Shown: positions 55,839-64,000 of the stretch, one piece after another
How the letters are laid out: every line of letters starts with the position of its first letter
Numbering within the stretch: position 1 is the stretch's first letter
Assembly: GCA_039545335.1 (NCBI GenBank)
Contig: BCIN01000001.1
Coordinates: 1,795,129 to 1,859,128 of the forward strand
Source: Kondoa subrosea
Taxonomy: Eukaryota
Direction of reading: 5' to 3'
DNA: 64,000 nucleotides
Notes under the pieces: model-generated
What the model saw: the letters and a program-made list of their open reading frames with translations, nothing else
The model's database searches: none
What the model was told of the DNA's origin: nothing
Translations under genes and position numbers: made by a program

Positions 55839-57606
55839 TTATGAGTCTGCAGGAGCAGGGGCAGCTTCGGCAGCGGGTGCAGCAGCCTTCTCTTCATTGC
55901 CCTTTTCGGCGGCTGTGAGAGTATTAATGACGATGAGCGATATATTGCGGGATCGAACCACTTCTCTCACCTTGAGCATCTTGCAGGTCACTTGACAGAC
56001 GAAAAGGAAAAGGAAGTCAGCAAGAGCACCACATAAGTACTGATATACTCACGAAGTCCAGAGGGTCAAGTTACTGCACAATGAGATTCAGCTAATGATC
56101 AGAAAAGTTACACGAAAAGGATGCTCACTCTCTCAATAGCTGCATGATTAAGGTCGAATCCTTGTATGACTCTTCTGACAGAGTGTCGAGCTCAGCAATA
56201 GCATCATCGAAAGCTTGCTTGGCCAAATGGCAAGCACGGTCAGGTGAGTTGAGGATTTCGTAGTAGAAGACAGAAAAGTTGAGGGCGAGACCAAGACGTA
56301 TTGGGTGAGTGGGTGCAAGCTGTAATCGCGTTCCAACAATTAGCAACAAAGAGCAGATAGGAGAGTCCACGTACATCAGATTGAGCGATCTCTGTCGCTT
56401 GTTTGTAAGCTTCGTGAGCAGCTTCCGATGCACCTTTGCGACCGTCACCACCGGCGAATTCAGCCAAGTATCGGTGGTAGTCTCCCTTCATCTATTCATG
56501 AAGCGAGCTTGTGAGATAAAGCATATCTACCGGCCAACTTCGACGAACCTTGGAATAAAACACCTTGCTTTCACCAGCTTGAGCGGCAGGAATGAGATGT
56601 TGATCCAAGACGGAGAGAATGTCATTGCAGACATCAGACAGCTCAGCCTCAACTTTCTGACGGTAAGACTTGATCTTGCCAACTTGAGCTTCGTTGCCTT
56701 TCGATTCTTCCTTTTGTTCAATAGAAGAAATGATTCGCCAAGAAGCACGACGGGCACCAATGACGTTCTTGTAGGCGACTGAAAGCAAGTTGCGTTCTTC
56801 GACAGACAGTTCAACGCCAAGCTAAAAGCGGATGAAACCTAGTCAACACTTGCTCCTATTTTGGGGATTTTTTTTCGCTAGCTAACCTTTGCAACGTCCT
56901 TCATGGAGCTGAACAGACGTATCAGCCAATGCTATTGTTGCGTGAGTTTCGGCACAACTCACTTAACCATTTCATCGTATCGCTCAGCTTGTTCGGCCTG
57001 TGCTCGCAAAATAAGCGGACTGGCGATAGTAGCGATGAAATATACGAACGAGCTTGGCCATGTAGACCGTTCCTGCATTGCACGATTTAGACAAGCCTTA
57101 CCAGGGCATCACGTAAGATAAGCTAACCTTCTCTCTCCTGTAAAGAAAACGCGACATGATCAGCACTATACTCTGTGAACGCTTCAGACAATCTTGAGAA
57201 ATGGAATAGAGGCTTGTAGGGCGATTCGGGCAGTGTTATAGAAGTCGAAATCTAACCCGCGAGCATTGCCTTTTACGGCGATTCCGATGGAAAGGGAAGC
57301 AAGTTGATGCTGAACCGCTAGTGTTCATTGGAGCCGTGTTGCAAGACCGCGCTGTATGAAGGAGCAGTGGAGGGCAGAGCCACAAAATATGACGAGTCGG
57401 GCTTCGACGTAGATTTCAAGCTGGGTGGTGATTGCTAGACCGTGCCGTTCATAGCATGAAGGCATGGAGAGCCCTTGCTGACATCTAGAGGCGCTGTTGA
57501 CGAATGGAATGTAGGCTCGAGCGGAGGATTCGATAACAATATGAGGTATACGCCGACAAAGCAAGGCAGAAGCAGCTGATTGAGTCCAAACACTTACGTT
57601 TGTCAT
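55839..57606 (-). CDS. 14-3-3 protein
   Basis: [83 protein letters not shown]. Confidence 0.97.
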
Positions 57607-58078
57607 GCTGAGTGTTGCTGATGAGCTGGTTAGGAGGTTATAAAGGCAGTAGTAGCTTGTTCACGGACAACTCTTGCAGCCAAACCAAAATATGTCTCGG
57701 AGCAACTCCCGACTCTAAAAGTCGCTAGTGCATGCTTTGTCGCCAACAGTATATCAGCATCACTTGATCATCGAGCGTTCTCAGTCTTCCCTTTCTTACT
57801 TTTTTCGCCACATTTTTTTCGTTATTGCTATCGTCCCAGCTCAGTCCAGCTCGGGCATGTTCAGTTCCTACTCATCTAAAGGTCGTACGAGAGGAGGATA
57901 GAAAAACGTTTTCTTCTCAGAGACAACATTCGATTTCGCTCTGTAACCCTCTGCATCTTTGTCGTTCGAAGTCCTAGGGGTCTACTAATACCTGTTCTGC
58001 ATCTATGACTGAGCTGGTTGAGAAGTCTCTCTTCTCTTCTTCACCATCTCCTCCAGCCTCTTGATCTTCTTCCCCGCT

Positions 58079-59052
58079 ATGCCATCAAGTAACAAGATCG
58101 CTTTCCTTCTCATCGCCTCGTACCTTCTGAACTCAGTTCTTGCAGCACCTGCTTCGTTAGATCTCGCGGAAACCTTTCGACTAAAGCTTTATCCAAAGTC
58201 GTAAGCCCTTGATCGACTAGATTTAGAGGAGAACTTGTTAGCTTAATGAAAGTGTAGACCTTCTGGAACGCCTTCTGGGACTTCTACTTCTTACTCCTGT
58301 GATTCTTCAACAGATCTCATGTCCAAAGATGTCCAAGCAAATACCTGTATCACCTTGGTGCAAGAAGCTTGGTCGAGCTGGAGCTTGAGCAGTCTTTCGC
58401 CAGCAAAAGGAGTCTCTGGTGTGAGTCTTGCCCTTTGTCGTGCTTTCTCGAGGTAGTGCTAATCTGGTTCTCGCTAGATAAGCATTGACTTTTATAAAGA
58501 TAGCACGGATTGTACAGGGGACAAAATTGAGCTACTAGTTCAGGATTCTGGTAAGAATCATTCTTCTGACCATCCAGATCATCGGCTCATTGAAATTGAT
58601 TAGCTTGCTCTCGATTTACTTCATCCGACAACTCCTTCGGTTCGTATATGATTTCCTATGAAGACGCACAATCAGCTTCAGGTTCCCTTTCTTCCGACCC
58701 TTCAACTAGTGCAATCCCAGCATTACAAAAAAGACAAGCTCCTGCTTCGTCCTCTGATATCAACGCAGACATCTTTGCTCAATCCTACTCTCAATCCACT
58801 TTCCCAGCAGCTTGTGGTGCATGTTCTTTAATCAGCTCAGCTTTCCTACTAGCGTTATATATCGTTCACTGCTCAGCCAAAGCTGATCTTCCCACACAAG
58901 ACAAGAACGATAAGAGGTCGATGACAATGGATCGCGCGTACTTTAATATCGACTCGAGACCTCCTTCTTACCTCTCTTCCGCACTTAGCACAACCGGGAG
59001 ACATAGGTCTATGAGCTCGATAGAGAGTGGTCAGAGGGTGTATTTGCGTTAG
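58079..59052 (+). CDS. hypothetical single-pass membrane protein with signal peptide
   Basis: MPSSNKIAFLLIASYLLNSVLAAP signal peptide, small Cys-containing ectodomain, LQKRQ, TM (ACSLISSAFLLALYIVHC), cytosolic tail. Confidence 0.6.
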
Positions 59053-59571
59053 TGCTGGATGATCAAAACAAAACGGAGATTTGTAAAATAGCTCGGAAAG
59101 AAGAATGTACATATTGTTCCCAGTATGCGCGGGCCTCTGGCTACAAAGTTAGCGCAACATGAGAAATACAACAGGTGATATAAGTAAATGGATGATGCGC
59201 CGGAGCATTTGAAACCTCAGCGATCTAAGCGAAAAGCCTCAAAGCTTTACCTGGAGGGTAGATCATAACAGAAGAAAGCCTACCAGAGTTCACATAGCTG
59301 AGATTCGTACAGCTCTGCAGGCGAAACGCCCGTGTCCAATAGACAAAGTTCAAAAAGTCCAGCCTAGGCCGAATGACATAGAGAAGACAGCGTGGCACAG
59401 AACCAGTGATAGTGAAGGGTAATAATACATGATTACAATCTATCTGCATTGGCATATCAGTCTGGTAGGACAAGAAGCCCGAAGACGTGTACACTGACCT
59501 CGGTTCGACCTCGGCTGAGGAAAATACCCAATTACAAGACTGCTCAAAGCCATAACTGCAATGTATCTATT

Positions 59572-60296
<725 letters not shown>

Positions 60297-60362
60297 TTGT
60301 GGAAGTTGAGGAGTAAAAGCGTGATTTGGTCATAATAATGCTACGTCTGTACATTCCGAGAT

Positions 60363-63168
60363 TTACCCATAGGAGGGAGTCCTACCTTTCCTATTGCCAC
60401 GTCGATCCAATCCATTCCTCAATGAAGCCACAGCAAAAGAACTTGTAGATTCTCTTCTGCTCAAACCAGATCTGGTTTCTTCCTCCTCGATTGACCTGTC
60501 TGCTGCTAGATCCATCGACTCACTTCTTCTGATCTGACTGAATTCATCTTTCGTGGGACTTGTAGCCGTAGCAAGCGATAGCGTAGGATTAGAAGCAGTA
60601 GTCTTAGAGGCTCTTCTTGCTAATCGAGCAATGGGTGAAGATAAGAGGGAAGTAATGGAGCCTTGTCTGATAGTTTGTTGCGACTCTTGCGATACTTTAG
60701 GACTAGGTCGAGCTGGATAAGGTGATTCTGGTAAACCGAGTGAAAGTGATTGTCTTTCCGCTCGTACTTTTTCGACCTTTCGATCTATTCGCAAATTATT
60801 AGAAGTGCCACAAAGAGTGTAGAATAAACTCACTTGACACCTGCTCAACGATTACAGGCGACTTGATCGCTCGAATATGTCTACTCATGGTAATAAGGAG
60901 ATCCGTCAACGTTCTGATCTGATCATCGCTCATCCTCTGCAAATCAGCAGCCGTTCTTTCCAATTTAACGAATGTTGAACTGGAAGCTGAAGCATTGGAT
61001 TGGACTTCATCCAATTCCGCTTCTACTTGAGCATCGATCGAAGCTGCTACTAAATGTCGAAGACCAGAGTTGAGTTGATCTGTCCCGTCTACCAAAGCAA
61101 GCAGTTGTGTAAAGACTTCAGGCGGCAATTCATTGAAAGATCGTTCGCGCCGGGATTCATCTAGTCTTTGCCAAGCTGTAGTCATTAGCCGTTGATGTTC
61201 AGCTGAATGTGGTGTTCGACTAGATTGGGGTAGAGGAGGTCGACCAGCAGGTGTTCGAGGTGCTCTTTGTGTAGCATAAGGACTACCTAAGCTTGATTTC
61301 GTTGGTCTGGATGGCACAGAATCAGATCGAGATAGATCGTCAAGCGAATGATTGCTGTAATTTGTTTGACGAGTGTAAGGAGATAAAACAGCATGAGAAG
61401 TAGTTGGTCTGACTGTTCGATAGGGTTCTTCTCGCATTGGTGTGGCCGTAGCATTGCTTCGAACGTGTCTTTCACTTCTTCGACCCGAAGAATGATTGCT
61501 CGAAGCACTTGACATAGGTCGAGATACTTCTAATGCTCCAATCCGTTCACGTAGCTCCTGAACTTCGGACAACCAGTCCTTCGACGATGTCTGAGCATGC
61601 GAATATCGATCATCTTTGGGCTGACCGTGTCGCGAAGAGAGGATGGAAGAAGGCGGTGATGTTGAAGAGCGACTCTGACCGTAGGGTGCGTGTATCGTCC
61701 GACCGAAGACTAGACGGACAGACAACATCAGCTTACGCATATCCCAATATGCATACATCAACTCACTATCATCCTTCGAGTTATTGCTTTGAGAAGACAA
61801 ACTGCTTTGCTCGCTAAGCAAGCTTCTCTTTCTCGTTCTCCCTTGCTGACCCTCATACTCTCTCTCACTAACACTAGCCGAGCTTTCTCTCCTATACCGC
61901 TGTTGCACAGTCGGACTTTCCGATCCTCTATCCCTCCGACTCACGCTAGTCAGCGCAGGAGAATTACTTCGACTGCGATCAATTCTAGGCGATTCAGGTT
62001 CTTCACTTCTTCTCAGGAATTCTAATGGTATTCTTGCTCGAGCAGAAGACACGGTAGAAGAAGAGATAGTCCCTCGGGTTGAAGAAGGGCTATCGGTTTT
62101 CTGACGGGTGCGATTGTAGTTTGAGGAATAAGAAATAGTCTGAGCTGTACCGGGTGAGGTATCGTTCGGGAAGAGTCGACGATCATTAGGTGGTGAGCGG
62201 TAGGAATGAGATGTGGAAGGTCGATCATCGATAGGAGGAGAACGGTAATAGTAAGGCGAATCATGAGCGCGGGAAGAAGGTCGTATGCCTGGCGTGTTGT
62301 ATGTGTACTCTTGAGACTTTCTGGTTACAGGACTTGGACGAGGGGAATCGGTATAACGAGGACTGTGTCGCACGGAAGCAACTGAGATGACCGAAGATCG
62401 TTTAGGATCTGCGAAAGCTTCGGAGCCAGATAAAGGGGAATGGACTTCTTCTTGTTCTGGTTCGATACTAGACTGAGTCCGTCTAGACGACCGTAGTTCT
62501 CGCCGGGAATCGGTAGTTCTGATGGAGGATCGTCGCGAAGGAGCATCCGATGAAAGATCATTTTGCGAAGAGGAAGACGAGCGGCGCAGCGAAGAGGTAT
62601 AGGTTCGTTCGAGAGGACTACGGCGAGCCTCATGATGAGGTGAAGCTGGTGGTGAACTGAGATGTCCATTTATCGCAGCGACAAACTATATATCGCGTAA
62701 CATACGAAGATGAGCAAGACAGCTTTGCGTGCATCCGAAACATACCCTCTGACTGCGATCAGTCGTTTCTGAGTCCCGCTTCACCCTGAATTGCCTGTTG
62801 CTACTCAAGCTCGCCGTTCTGCTCAGAGCTATGCTATCGTTTGACCGGTCTATAGCATCCTTTGCAGTATCTCCTGAGGTATCACTACTACTGATAACAC
62901 TGTTGCGCTTGCCATTGCTTGATCTTGAGCTGTTTCCAGATACAGTCTGTTGCATAGGAGCGCTTCCCAATCCAACGTAAGAAGTTCGTGTCGTAAGACT
63001 AGGAGACCGGGTAGCCAGCAGAGAGGGCGACAGAGCTCCCAGACCGACAGTGCCTACAGGTGCATATTTACGCGAGCTTGTCTTGGTGCCAGTCTTTCCT
63101 TCCGCTCCAGCCAACGATTCGTAGCTACTGTCGGCGTTTCTGAGGTTGCCCTCGTCGTAACGAGCCAT
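60363..63168 (-). CDS. large Ser/Arg/Pro-rich disordered protein with a C-terminal helical domain
   Basis: Consecutive long minus-strand ORFs joined by GT-AG introns; helical block EHQRLM...LNSGLR...LQRMSDDQIRTLTDLLI. Confidence 0.7.
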
Positions 63169-63266
63169 AGTGCAAGGCACAACGACACCAGGTATAATAT
63201 TCACAAAGAACTCGATGTTTGGAGAAGAAAGCTGAAGATCCGTCTGACAGGGTTTGGCGGCTTCAA

Positions 63267-64000
63267 ATGAGTCTGGCTGTGCCTGCAGGTGAAGAGAATG
63301 GCCGTAAGAGAAAGAGAGACTCTCAATCAGTTAGTTCTGCTGTTCTTCGCGCGTTTCTGTCTGTCGCATGTCTCAATGTCTGTCGCTCCTATTTTCCCTT
63401 CTTTCCGTTTTCCCTCTTCTGCTGCGTCCTTCTTTACACACAGCCTGCGCTCGAATCTGCGAAAGCGATACCACGTCGCATAGGAGTAGTCTGGTTCGGC
63501 TGGCACGCAATCACAGTACGTCAATACTCGCCAGGCCTGATTCTATATTAACTGAATGACCTGATTAGCCATGGTATGAATCGCCATATCCTCTGGACGA
63601 TCTTCTTCCTGCTGCCTCGACGCCAACTATAACTGCAGCAAAAGAGCCAAAACGCAAGTCTAGGGGAGATGACAAGATCGATCCTGTTACTCCTGCAGAA
63701 CCGGTAGCAGCGCCCAAAGAAACTATCTCGACCAAAGCAGTATCTTCACCAAGGGCACTACCACCTCGAAACAAGAATGGTCATTTTGCTAGATCACCCA
63801 AAAAAGCTAACACTTTATCTTCACCTACTCAGTTCTACAATGGTCCTTCTACTTCCACTTCAACGGCGGAAGATCCAGTTGCATCTACTTCTGCTATTCC
63901 AGTCATTGAAAAAACCAAACCTACTCCGACGCGAATTAGACCTAGAGTAGCGAAAAGAGAAACTGCACATTTAGCTCCTGTGGAAGAACCGAAAGAAATG
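63267..64000 (+). CDS. MYST-family histone acetyltransferase (Sas2-like), 5' part only
   Basis: Spliced RRIGVVWFGWHAIT-PWYESPYP matches the MYST N-terminal 'I..V.FG...I.PWY.SPYP' motif; runs off the window end. Confidence 0.65.

Overview
Gene-dense (about 30 genes in 64 kb), intron-rich fungal genomic DNA with roughly 50-60 nt introns and many microexons. It is most likely from a basidiomycete yeast, inferred from gene content and intron style. All gene models were spliced by hand and family calls are from recalled motifs, not database searches. Most genes are housekeeping: cyclophilin, GNL1-like GTPase, NSE2, SWC3, RSM10, ESS1, GET1, CRN1, RPT2, RAD2, PDB1, SPC2, JJJ1, VPS17, prefoldin 2, complex I TYKY, GH27, 14-3-3, MRPS12 and a partial MYST acetyltransferase. 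I saw no rRNA, tRNA, transposon or CRISPR. The most unusual observations are: a Dot1 H3K79 methyltransferase apparently fused to a long N-terminal array of degenerate KH-like repeats; a tandem pair of ubiquitin-like-domain paralogs, one fused to a PWWP domain and apparently starting at CUG; an intron that seems to need a non-AG (GT-AT) acceptor; an intron-split start codon; and co-directional genes separated by as little as 52 nt.
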